From Chloroflexia bacterium (GTDB lineage Bacteria; Chloroflexota; Chloroflexia; QHBQ01; JADMIH01): a DNA stretch of 45,864 nt. Where the stretch lies: positions 1-45,864 of the forward strand of contig JBJMMB010000531.1 of the NCBI GenBank assembly GCA_045805005.1. Reading direction: 5' to 3'. Below the pieces are notes generated by a model. The model worked only from the letters and a program-made list of their open reading frames with translations. It ran no database searches and had not been told where the DNA came from. The position numbers were made by a program, and so were the translations under genes. The first letter of the stretch is position 1; each line of letters starts with the position of its first letter. Shown here piece by piece: positions 34,768-43,860 of this stretch.

Positions 34768-36249
34768 CTAAGATATTCTCTTCCACCTGACACCCTGCGG
34801 CGTGTCTTCGATCTCGATGCCCGCCTGGCGCAGTTGGGCGCGGAGGGCGTCGGCCTGGGCGAAGTCGCGGGCCTTGCGGGCCTCCTGGCGCTTGTCGATC
34901 AACGCCTGCAACTCGGGCGGCAGTGTTTCGGTTGCGCGCTCTTTCGCCCTCTTCTCGAGGTCCAGCCCCAGCACTTTGTCCCAGTCGTACAGCGTCGGCA
35001 GGATGGCCCCCGGTTGCTCCCTCCGGTTCGCCTCCGTGATCAGCTCGTGCACCGCCGCCAATGCCCCCGGCATATTCAGGTCGTCGTTGATCGAGGCCAC
35101 GAACTTATCCTTGTACGGCTGCTGCCACTCGTCCTGGGATTCTGACCCCTGACCCTCCTCGGCCCTGGTGACGAAATCGTACAATCCCTCCAGGCCCCTG
35201 GCCGCCGCCTCGATCCCCTCATCGGTGAAGTTGAGTTGCGCCCGATACTTGGCCGAGAAGCAGAAGTAGCGGTACGCCAGCGGATCGTAGCCCCGGTCCA
35301 CCAGCTTCTGCAAGGTGAGGAAGCCCCCCGTGTCGGTGTTGAGCGGGGCGATCCCCTCGCCCATGTCTCGCTCGGGGCCCGCCTCCCCCGCACTCTTGCT
35401 CATCTTCATGTTATTCGTCAGCAGGAACTCGCCGTGCAGCCAGTAGCGCACGAACTGCTTGCCCGTGCACCCCTCCGACTGCGCGATCTCGTTCTCGTGA
35501 TGCACCGGGATGTGGTCCACCCCGCCGCAGTGGATGTCGAACGTCTCGCCCAGGTATTTCATCGACATCGCCGAGCACTCGATGTGCCAGCCGGGGTAGC
35601 CGCGCACCCAGGGCGAGTCCCACTGCATCGCGTGCGAGGGGTCGGCCCGCTTCCAGAGGGCGAAGTCGCCGGGGTTGTGCTTCTCGGTGTTCACCTCCAC
35701 CCGCGCCCCCGCCTCCAGATCCTCCCGCGACTGCCCCGACAGCGTCCCGTAATCCGGGACCGTCGCGATGTCGTAGTACACGCCGTCATTGATAACGTAA
35801 GCGTGCCCCTTGTCGAACAGGCACTGTATCAGGGCGATCATCTCCGGTATGTGCTCAGTGGCCGGGGTAATCTTCGTGGGCCTCTGGATATTCAGGCGGT
35901 CCATATCCCGCAGGAACGCGTCGGTGTAGAACTTCGCGATGTCCCAGGGCGTCTTGCCCTCGCGGCGCATCGCCTTTATCATCTTGTCCTCGCCCTCGTC
36001 CGCATCCGAGGTCAAGTGCCCCACGTCAGTGATGTTCATTATGTGCGTCACATCGTACCCGTCGTACTTCAGCACCCGCTTCAGCACGTCCTCAAAAATG
36101 AACGTGCGGAAGTTCCCGATATGCTGGAAGTTGTACACGGTCGGCCCGCACGTATACAACCCCACCTTCCCCGGCTGCATCGGCTCGAACTGCTCCTTCT
36201 CCCGCGTGAGCGTGTTGAAAACGGATAGCTTGTATCTAGGTTCTGCCAA
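34768..36249 (-). CDS. cysS: Cysteine--tRNA ligase
   Basis: [43 protein letters not shown]. Start is TTG 36249 or ATG 36276; the track start at 36393 lies inside a REP. Confidence 0.97.
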   Translation of the reverse strand: MAEPRYKLSVFNTLTREKEQFEPMQPGKVGLYTCGPTVYNFQHIGNFRTFIFEDVLKRVLKYDGYDVTHIMNITDVGHLTSDADEGEDKMIKAMRREGKTPWDIAKFYTDAFLRDMDRLNIQRPTKITPATEHIPEMIALIQCLFDKGHAYVINDGVYYDIATVPDYGTLSGQSREDLEAGARVEVNTEKHNPGDFALWKRADPSHAMQWDSPWVRGYPGWHIECSAMSMKYLGETFDIHCGGVDHIPVHHENEIAQSEGCTGKQFVRYWLHGEFLLTNNMKMSKSAGEAGPERDMGEGIAPLNTDTGGFLTLQKLVDRGYDPLAYRYFCFSAKYRAQLNFTDEGIEAAARGLEGLYDFVTRAEEGQGSESQDEWQQPYKDKFVASINDDLNMPGALAAVHELITEANRREQPGAILPTLYDWDKVLGLDLEKRAKERATETLPPELQALIDKRQEARKARDFAQADALRAQLRQAGIEIEDTPQGVRWKRIS

Positions 36250-36349
36250 TTGTCCTTCCCCCAAATGCTTCTGCATGAGCGAACCTGGTGTTGGCCCATG
36301 CAGTTTGAAATAAAGATATAGAAAGCAGACTCTGAGGCGCGTCACGCCT

Positions 36350-36438
36350 GTAGGGGCAGGCCCCCGTTGCCTGCCTTGGTCGTGTACCACCAAGGCTGGG
36401 GTTGGGATAAAGGGCAGGCAACGGGGGCCTGCCCCTAC
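36350..36438. repeat. GTAG-type REPIN (89 bp) in the cysS leader
   Basis: GTAGGGGCAGGCCCCCGTTGCCTGCCtT ... AGGGCAGGCAACGGGGGCCTGCCCCTAC. Confidence 0.92.
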
Positions 36439-36604
36439 AACGATACCTTTAGTGACTTTCTTTCACGCCCCGATAAGGTTGGGCCTCAATCCACGGAGCC
36501 CGGCAGGGAGACCCCCTTACCCCTTCATAAAGGAGTGGCTGCTTTCGTGCTAGTGGTAGTATTATACCCTATGAGAATTAGGCGCGAGTAGGGTCCACAG
36601 AAGT

Positions 36605-39600
36605 ATGACCGCACGTAAACGCACCGACGCTGAAGAAGTGGCCGACATGCCGGAAGTGGCCCCGCAACCCGACTACGGCGGCCTGGGCACGATGATCGCG
36701 CGCGAGGTGGCTATCGAGGCCAGGCGCTCGCGTGCCCGCCGAGAGTTCTACCGCATCGAGTATGTGGCCGATACCGCCCCACGGGGGTCAGGGATCAGGG
36801 ATCAGGGGTTAGCATCCACCGGCAAGGCCGACCCCCGACCCACGACCCCCGACCCCTCGTTCCTCGGCCTCTACCACGTCCTGGGCGAGAACGGGCGCGA
36901 GTACGACGTGCTGATACGCGACCCCAACCCGGAGCACCACGTTAACCGCTGCTCCTGCCTCGACTACGAGTCGAACAACCTGGGCACCTGCAAGCACGTG
37001 GAGGCAGTCCTCGGCTACATACGGCGCAAGCATGGCGGAGCCCTCCGTTCGGCACGGCCCCGGCTGCTGGAGATCAACCGCCTCACTGTCTACGTCACCC
37101 TCCGCTACGTGGGCGACGGCACCTGGACCGCCGCGCCCGTCTACGATCACCAACTCGACCCCGGCCTGCTGCGCATCGTCAACCACTACCTCCTCCCCAA
37201 CCTGGCCCTGCTGGAGGACCAACCCCAGGCCTTCCTCAAGAAGTTGGAGCGCTTCACCGCGGAGGTCGAGGAGTTCGGGGGCCGGGCCATAATCGAGCCC
37301 GAGGTGTACGACTACGCGGAGACTGTGCAGGCCCGCACCGAGCGCGACCACAAGCGCCGCCAGCTCCTCGCCCGTATCGAAGCTAGCCAGACCAACCTCG
37401 ACCTCCTCAAGCTCCCCCTCTACCCCTACCAGATGATTGGAACGCTGTTTCTCGCGTTCACAGAAAGGGCACTTCTTGCGGACGATATGGGGTTGGGCAA
37501 AGCCCAGCCTCTGACAGCAAAGGTGCTCACCCCCTATGGTTGGGAGCTCATGGGCGATGTGCAGGTTGGCGATGAGGTCATCAACTCGCAGGGTGGCACC
37601 TCGCATGTCATTGGTGTCTATCCTCAGGGGATCAAAGACATATACCGCGTGGAGTTCACCGACGGCAGTTGCACAGAGTGTTGTGACGAGCACCTGTGGT
37701 TGGTGAACACGGCCTTGCGCAGGCGGCGCGGCAACACGCCTCGCGTTAAGTCGCTCAAGGAGATAAGTCTCAGAATAGGTAATGGAAGCGGTGGCTACCA
37801 GCACTTCATACCCATGATCCAACCTGTTGAGTTTGCCGAAGCTGAGTTGCCCTTACACCCTTACTTGCTAGGAGTCTTGCTTGGCGACGGTGGAATCAGT
37901 GATCATTCGGTTAGGTTGTCTTCTGCGGATAGGGAACTCCTCGAACGGGTTGGAGGACTATTGCCGGAGGGTGTTGCTCTTAAGTGGAAAGGTGGTTATG
38001 ACTGGACCATAAGCCATGGTCGAACGCGGATTCCAAATCCGGTAACAATCTCTTTACGCTCGTTGGGCCTCATGGGCCATCGGGCCGAAACCAAGTTCAT
38101 ACCGGCGCTCTACAAGTATGCATCAGTGTCTTCCAGGGTAGCATTGCTACAAGGCTTATTGGACACTGACGGTCATGTTCGGCCCAACGACAACAATGTC
38201 GAATTCTGCTCATCTTCGCTTCGCCTGTCTCTAGATGTAATTGAGCTGGTGCAGTCTCTGGGCGGCAAGGCCACGCTGCGGCAAAAACGGACTACTTACA
38301 CGTACAAGGGTGAGCGCCGCAACGGTCAACTGGCCTATCGCATGAGCATAGCGTTGCCGCCAAGCATCCAACCCTTCTCTTTGTCGCGGAAAGCTGGCGT
38401 GTACCACCCCCGGACCAAGTATCCGCCTGTGAGAGCAATCAAGTCGGTCACTTATGTCGGGCGTAAAGAGGCCCAATGTATAGCGACGGATGCGCCCGAC
38501 CAGCTTTACGTCAGCGACGACTACATCCTGACTCATAACACGCCCCAAAGTATCGCCGCCGCACAACTCCTCCGCCAGGAGCACGGCATCGAGCACGTGC
38601 TGGTGATCACCCCCGCTTCTGTGAAGTACCAGTGGGGCAAGGAGATCGAGCGCTTTTCGGACGACACCTACACCGTGGTGGGCGGCAGCAAAGCCAAACG
38701 AGAGAAGCAGTACGCCGCGGGTAGCTTCTTCACGATCATGAATTACGAGTTGATGCTGCGCGACCGCGAGCACGTGCTGGCCTTGCGGCCCGACCTGGTC
38801 ATCCTCGACGAGGCCCAGCGCATCAAGAACTGGCGGGCCAAGACCACCCAGGCCATCAAAGACCTGCCCAGCAGGTTCGCCTTCGTCCTCAGCGGCACTC
38901 CCCTGGAGAACCGCCTTGAGGAGCTTTACTCGGTGGTGGAGTTCCTCGATGACAAGCTCCTCGGCCCGCCCTGGCAGTTCCTGGCCCAGCACGTGGTCAA
39001 GGACGACTGGGGAGGGATCATCGGCTACAAGGACCTGGAGGGCGTGCGCCGCGCCATCGCCCCCATCCTCCTGCGCCGCCGCAAGGCCGACGTGCTCACC
39101 GAGCTTCCCGAGCGGATCGACAACGACTTCTGGCTCGACCTCGACCTCGAGCAGGCCCGCCTCTACCGCCCGCTCGAAAAGCAGTTGACCGAGTTGCTTC
39201 GCGCCCCCGAATGGAACGCCGCCCAGAGCGCCATGGCCCTCTCCCTTCTAACCCGCCTGCGCGAGGCCGCCACCGCCGCCCAACTGGTCGACCCCCAGGT
39301 GCGCTCCTCCAGCAAGCTCCGCGAGCTACCCGCCCTCGTCAGCGAGATCGCCGCCGAGGGCCACAAGATGCTCATCTTCTCCCAGTGGGAGCGCATGACC
39401 CGCCACGCGACCGAGGCCGTGGTCCCGCTTGGCCTGAAGAGCGTGCGGATGCACGGCGGCCTGGGCCTGCGCGCCCGGCAGCGCATCGTGGAGCAGTTCA
39501 ACACCGACCCCGACACGATGCTGTTCATATCCACCGACGCGGGCGGCCTCGGCCTCAACCTGCAGGCCGCCTCCTATGTGATCAACCTGGACCTCCCCTG

Positions 39601-39850
39601 GAACCCTGCCAGGGTGGAGCAGCGCATCGGCCGCGCCCACCGCATCGGCCAGGTCAACCCGGTCAACGTGATCAACATCATCGCGGCCAACACGGTTGAG
39701 CAGCGGGTGCTGGAGATACTCTACCGCAAACAAGAGCTATTTGAGGAGATATTAGATGTCGAACTCGACCCCGAAACGGGGACTATCCGGACTGATGTCG
39801 AGGTTCCGGCGGAGCGGCTCCGCAGAATCGTTGAGCTCCTCCTCGGCTGA
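36605..39850 (+). CDS. SWIM zinc-finger SNF2-family helicase/ATPase containing an intein (735 aa after splicing)
   Basis: CSC...CKH (SWIM); LYPYQ; LADDMGLGK|intein|T; LVILDEAQRIKN; LSGTPLEN; LIFSQW; GLGLNLQ; PWNPARVEQRIGRAHRIGQ. Confidence 0.95.
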   Translation: MTARKRTDAEEVADMPEVAPQPDYGGLGTMIAREVAIEARRSRARREFYRIEYVADTAPRGSGIRDQGLASTGKADPRPTTPDPSFLGLYHVLGENGREYDVLIRDPNPEHHVNRCSCLDYESNNLGTCKHVEAVLGYIRRKHGGALRSARPRLLEINRLTVYVTLRYVGDGTWTAAPVYDHQLDPGLLRIVNHYLLPNLALLEDQPQAFLKKLERFTAEVEEFGGRAIIEPEVYDYAETVQARTERDHKRRQLLARIEASQTNLDLLKLPLYPYQMIGTLFLAFTERALLADDMGLGKAQPLTAKVLTPYGWELMGDVQVGDEVINSQGGTSHVIGVYPQGIKDIYRVEFTDGSCTECCDEHLWLVNTALRRRRGNTPRVKSLKEISLRIGNGSGGYQHFIPMIQPVEFAEAELPLHPYLLGVLLGDGGISDHSVRLSSADRELLERVGGLLPEGVALKWKGGYDWTISHGRTRIPNPVTISLRSLGLMGHRAETKFIPALYKYASVSSRVALLQGLLDTDGHVRPNDNNVEFCSSSLRLSLDVIELVQSLGGKATLRQKRTTYTYKGERRNGQLAYRMSIALPPSIQPFSLSRKAGVYHPRTKYPPVRAIKSVTYVGRKEAQCIATDAPDQLYVSDDYILTHNTPQSIAAAQLLRQEHGIEHVLVITPASVKYQWGKEIERFSDDTYTVVGGSKAKREKQYAAGSFFTIMNYELMLRDREHVLALRPDLVILDEAQRIKNWRAKTTQAIKDLPSRFAFVLSGTPLENRLEELYSVVEFLDDKLLGPPWQFLAQHVVKDDWGGIIGYKDLEGVRRAIAPILLRRRKADVLTELPERIDNDFWLDLDLEQARLYRPLEKQLTELLRAPEWNAAQSAMALSLLTRLREAATAAQLVDPQVRSSSKLRELPALVSEIAAEGHKMLIFSQWERMTRHATEAVVPLGLKSVRMHGGLGLRARQRIVEQFNTDPDTMLFISTDAGGLGLNLQAASYVINLDLPWNPARVEQRIGRAHRIGQVNPVNVINIIAANTVEQRVLEILYRKQELFEEILDVELDPETGTIRTDVEVPAERLRRIVELLLG
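37502..38539 (+). mobile_element. Class 3 intein (346 aa) with a LAGLIDADG homing endonuclease, inserted in the Walker A motif (GK|T)
   Basis: Starts AQPLTAKVLTPYG (Ala1); block B CCDEHLW; YLLGVLLGDG and LLQGLLDTDG; block F EAQCI; ends ILTHN followed by Thr+1; lower GC than the host gene. Confidence 0.95.
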
Positions 39851-40391
39851 TCAACAGCCTTACGAGGACGCAATCGAGGAAGAGGAAGCCCAGCTAACCG
39901 GCTCCGCCTCAGAGGATGACGACGACGGTGCCCCGGTCAGCCCTCTGGCGATGATGAACGAGAACAGCCCCGAGGCATGGCTGGGCCAGTTCCCCCTGGC
40001 GCTCGGCATGGCAACCCCACGCGGCACTGTCGAAGGCGCGAGGCGCGACGCCACTCTCATCGCGGGCCTCACGGAGTTGCGCGCCTCCCTGGTCGCAGCC
40101 GACCCATTGGTCATCCTCGATGCCGACCGCGCCGCCGGCCTTCGCGCCCGCGACTGGGGAGCCTGGTGGCGTGCCCAGGACAACCTCGGCCGCTACGCCA
40201 ACGCCACCCTTGCTCTCTCCCTACTGGGCAGCCGTGACTTCGTAGCCGACCTGGCCGCCATGTACCGCCAAACCTACAACGCCCGCCTCCAGAAGGACGC
40301 CCACTACGTCCTCACCTATATGCTCGGCAAGCAGTGGCCCTCCTACCATGTGACGGATGCCGACCTGGCACGCTTAGAGGGCGGTTCCTGA
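39831..40391 (+). CDS. Hypothetical protein with an acidic N-terminus and a helical C-terminus, overlapping the helicase stop
   Basis: Host-like codon usage; start uncertain (TTG 39831 or ATG 39756). Confidence 0.7.
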   Translation: MSSSSADQQPYEDAIEEEEAQLTGSASEDDDDGAPVSPLAMMNENSPEAWLGQFPLALGMATPRGTVEGARRDATLIAGLTELRASLVAADPLVILDADRAAGLRARDWGAWWRAQDNLGRYANATLALSLLGSRDFVADLAAMYRQTYNARLQKDAHYVLTYMLGKQWPSYHVTDADLARLEGGS

Positions 40392-40438
40392 GTCAAGGAG
40401 TACTCTCCTGTTCTCAATCCCCGCCCTCCCTTCGACCC

Positions 40439-43381
40439 CTATCTGTTTCGCGTCATGAAGCGGTAGACGATGGACGCACATTGTATCCCCGAGCCGCTCG
40501 TGGACCGGGCCGTGTAGTAGTACTTGGTGTTCGCCACAAGGCCGGTGAGCGTCACAGTGTGGCTGATTGTTAGTGTCGGGTCCATAGCGCTGAGCAGGCT
40601 AAGTGAGTCCATATTGGTGCCGTATGCAACGCTGCTCGTGCCCGGCCCCGATGTTGTCCACTGAATGGTCGCCTGGCTAGTTGTTATATTGGTCTCCTGC
40701 ACGTTGCTGAATATCAGCGTGCCCGTGGCTGTAGGTGTGGGTGTGGCTGTGGACGTACGGGTTGGTGATTGCGTGCGTGTGCTTGTGGATACCGGCGAAG
40801 ACGTGCGCGTGGGCGAAGCCGTGGGCGAGGCTGCACGTGTGGCAGTGCCCGTAAAAGATGGAATGGAAGTGTTTGTTCGCGTGGACGTACGGGTTGGAGA
40901 CTGGGTGGGTGTGCTTGTGGGTACCGGCGAAGATGTGCGCGTGGGCGAAGCTGTGGCCGAGGCCGTACTCATGGCTGTGGGTGTTATAGTCGGAATAGAG
41001 GTGTTTGTCGAGGTGGGCGAGGGAAGTGTGGCAAAAGGCTGCTTGTAGATGATCACCCTCGACCTGTCTCCATCGCCGACATACAGGTTGCCTTCATCAT
41101 CGAACGCTGCCGAGATAGCCATCGAATAGTAATCGCTCAGCAGAGCGTCCGGAGTTGTCGACGCGGAGAGCGGGTTGTTATAGACCCCTGGGAAGCGCCC
41201 TCTGTCGCCAGGGTTGAAGTCCCAGTAAGGGTTGTAGCCGACTACCATGCGGTTTTGCGCGTCGAACGCCGGCTCCCAGGTGGCAACGTCAGGGAAGATC
41301 TTGGAGGCGGGCGGAGCATATATGACCTGCGAGTTGCCAGTGGGGAATAGGCTCGTATTGAACTCGAGCAGCCGCATGTTCCCCTGGATCTCGAGCGAAT
41401 GGTCCGACACATACAGGTTGCCCAACTGGTCAAGCGACAGCGAGCCGGGCAAGCAGAGGCTGTCCGGAGTGGCGCCAGTTCGCGGCTGCCCGCCCCTGTT
41501 GCACAGGGTGCCGCTCAGGTCCGTCTGGCCGAGGACCACATCCACCACCGGATTAGTGAGTGGGTTGCGTACCCGGAAGACCCGGTTGGTTGCCGTATGG
41601 CTCAGCCACAGGAAGTCGCCCATAGGGCTGGGCGCAAGCCCCCAGAATTGCTGGAAGTTGCCGGTGGCCGCCAGTTGGCCGCCACCGAGCACGGGCAGAG
41701 GCAGTTGGATGCTGGCGATTGGCTGCGCGCCGTTGACCAGAGGAAGGGCATAAACGTCGATGCGGTCGTGGAAATCCCCGGCCATGCCTGCGCTCACCCA
41801 GAGGTGGTTATTCCTGTCCGCCTTAAGCGTGAGACAGCAGTCGCGGAGCGCGTTCGCGAAAGTGCCCACAGATCCGACCCCTGCCACCCCATCGGCGGCC
41901 TGGCCGCTCGCCAGGGTGGAGGGATTATTCCAGAAAATGATGCGGCCGTTATCGGCCACAATCAACTGGTTGTTCGCCACAGCAACGCCCCCTCCGGAAG
42001 CCAGGCCGGTTGCCGTCCTGTCATTGCCGATCCCTGCCCCGAACAGTTGCTTGGTGGGGGCGGTGGGCGATCCGCCCGGGGCGAACATTAGCACATCGTT
42101 CTGATAATCGCCAACGCCTATCGCGATATACCTGTTCCCGGCGCTGTCGATGCCGATCGAGCCGGTGGTCCGGTCAAGCAGATTGCCGATGCCGCCGATC
42201 CGCTCGATCAGAGTTTGGGCAGACTCGTCCCACCGCTCCAGGCTGTTGCAGTCTCTACTCATGATCCACACGCCGCCCTGAACCGGGTCGAAGTCTATAC
42301 CCGACGGGGCAGCGAAGCCCGATCCGAACACCGACCCGCTCATTCCGTTGATGAAGGGTGGATCAAAGACGAGCACGCGGCTGTTGCCCTGGTCTGCAAC
42401 GTACACCCGACCCCCGCTGTTTACCCGCACGACGGCAGGGGCGTTCAGCATATTCAGAGCGGAGCCGGGGGTCCTCCCGGTGAAATTCTGCTGCCCGATC
42501 ACGAGGTTCGCCTGGTGGGACCCGGCCGGGAAGCGGAGCACGCGGTTGTTGCCGCTATCGGTCACCCAGAGATTGCCGGCAGAGTCGATCTCCACGCCTG
42601 CCGTCCAGTTGTTGCTGTCGCCCCAACCGAAACAGAGGGTGGTAGCGTTGGGAGCAGCGAGGCCCCTGTTGCACGTGTTCCCCGTAAAGTCGCTCTGCCC
42701 CCAGACGTCGTCGGCGATGCTATCGGTCGTGAAGGGGGAGATGTACTTGAGCACCCGGTGGTTGAAGAAGTCGGTGACATACAGGTTGCCCTGGTTGTCC
42801 ACAGCCATGCTGGCGCCGGACCCGCTCTCGGTAACACTGAGGGTGTTCTCGGGCTGCCCGCACAGCGAATCGGCCGATGCAGGAGCCCTGCTGGGGTAGG
42901 CCTGGTACCCGGAGTCACCATTGCAGGCGGAGGTAAAGAAGGAAGGCTGGCCGATAACGATATCCGCCGAGCAGTTGAGCGGGTTGGTGGCCGAGGAGAG
43001 ACACCCGGACAGGTTGAACCCCAGGATGCGGTTATTGCCCGCGTCGTATACGTACAGCCTGTTGGGCGTCGAGGTCCTGTCGATGACGACGCCATGGGGC
43101 CAGAAGAGCTTATTGGCGGTCGTCGTGCCGGGGGCTATATCGCAGAAGTCGGGCTTTCCGAGGATAACGTCACCGCACAAGTCCCCCACGCCACCGCGCA
43201 CAACTGGAGACGGGGAGCCCTGTACCTCTGCAAGTGGGCCGGCCCTCGCCACGGTAGCCGGGCCGGCGATAGGTGCTGGTCCTGCTACCCAGGCTGCATA
43301 AATCAATGTTGCCAAAATTGTAACCACTACAGATCGTCTAAATGTCTTGCGCGCCGCGCGCACGTAATGTATACTCAGCAT
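40439..43381 (-). CDS. Secreted NHL-repeat-like beta-propeller protein with a Thr/Pro/Ser linker and a C-terminal FN3-like domain
   Basis: AGGAGGT RBS; signal-like N-terminus; repeats LYVYDAGNNRIL / LYVTDFFNHRVL / LWVTDSGNNRVL with V.GQ..F spacers; tail ATIQWTT...HTVTLTGLVANTKYYY. Confidence 0.88.
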   Translation of the reverse strand: MLSIHYVRAARKTFRRSVVVTILATLIYAAWVAGPAPIAGPATVARAGPLAEVQGSPSPVVRGGVGDLCGDVILGKPDFCDIAPGTTTANKLFWPHGVVIDRTSTPNRLYVYDAGNNRILGFNLSGCLSSATNPLNCSADIVIGQPSFFTSACNGDSGYQAYPSRAPASADSLCGQPENTLSVTESGSGASMAVDNQGNLYVTDFFNHRVLKYISPFTTDSIADDVWGQSDFTGNTCNRGLAAPNATTLCFGWGDSNNWTAGVEIDSAGNLWVTDSGNNRVLRFPAGSHQANLVIGQQNFTGRTPGSALNMLNAPAVVRVNSGGRVYVADQGNSRVLVFDPPFINGMSGSVFGSGFAAPSGIDFDPVQGGVWIMSRDCNSLERWDESAQTLIERIGGIGNLLDRTTGSIGIDSAGNRYIAIGVGDYQNDVLMFAPGGSPTAPTKQLFGAGIGNDRTATGLASGGGVAVANNQLIVADNGRIIFWNNPSTLASGQAADGVAGVGSVGTFANALRDCCLTLKADRNNHLWVSAGMAGDFHDRIDVYALPLVNGAQPIASIQLPLPVLGGGQLAATGNFQQFWGLAPSPMGDFLWLSHTATNRVFRVRNPLTNPVVDVVLGQTDLSGTLCNRGGQPRTGATPDSLCLPGSLSLDQLGNLYVSDHSLEIQGNMRLLEFNTSLFPTGNSQVIYAPPASKIFPDVATWEPAFDAQNRMVVGYNPYWDFNPGDRGRFPGVYNNPLSASTTPDALLSDYYSMAISAAFDDEGNLYVGDGDRSRVIIYKQPFATLPSPTSTNTSIPTITPTAMSTASATASPTRTSSPVPTSTPTQSPTRTSTRTNTSIPSFTGTATRAASPTASPTRTSSPVSTSTRTQSPTRTSTATPTPTATGTLIFSNVQETNITTSQATIQWTTSGPGTSSVAYGTNMDSLSLLSAMDPTLTISHTVTLTGLVANTKYYYTARSTSGSGIQCASIVYRFMTRNR

Positions 43382-43860
43382 CGGTACTGACCTCCTGACG
43401 GGTTGGTATCGTGTGGGGGCCCTTGCGCAGTCGCAATGCGTGAGGGCTCTTGTTTTTGCCTGGTCTGCTTACCACAAGGGCAGAAGCGCAGTCGCAATGC
43501 GCCGGTACCCGCTATGCCCTGCTATCCCTAGCCTGGGTCTTCCGCTCTACTACCTCCTGTTATCGAACGGTGTGTGTGGCCTGTTGAGACTTGACGATTT
43601 AGTTAATCCACACGATGCTGAGTGTGATTTTACGATGGACACCGATCTCGTATTTGTGGTTGCTCTCTGATTACATCATACTGCCAGGATCGGGAGAATA
43701 GTTGTCACAAGAACAGTTACTAAAAGTGGTACAAAACAAGAACCGGTACATAAGTGATCAGGTTTGCCTGCCCCATTCCTGCCTCGGACCCGTCCGGCAC
43801 GGTAGTTGCTACGCACAGCTACTAATCGGAGGCGCACGGATCAAGCAGGAGGGCCGGTAC

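Noticed and set aside
36250-36560. T-box riboswitch ahead of cysS, and the 541-aa extended cysS ORF
   Set aside because: No T-box consensus (GGTGGNACCGCG) on the minus strand. The leader is occupied by a REPIN and a degenerate 60-bp unit, and the extended ORF starts inside the REP.
40740-40990. Near-duplicate segments in the NHL-gene linker (and the shared SLH DNA) as DGR template/variable repeats
   Set aside because: Differences are not adenine-specific, both copies are coding, and there is no reverse transcriptase; ordinary linker duplication explains them.
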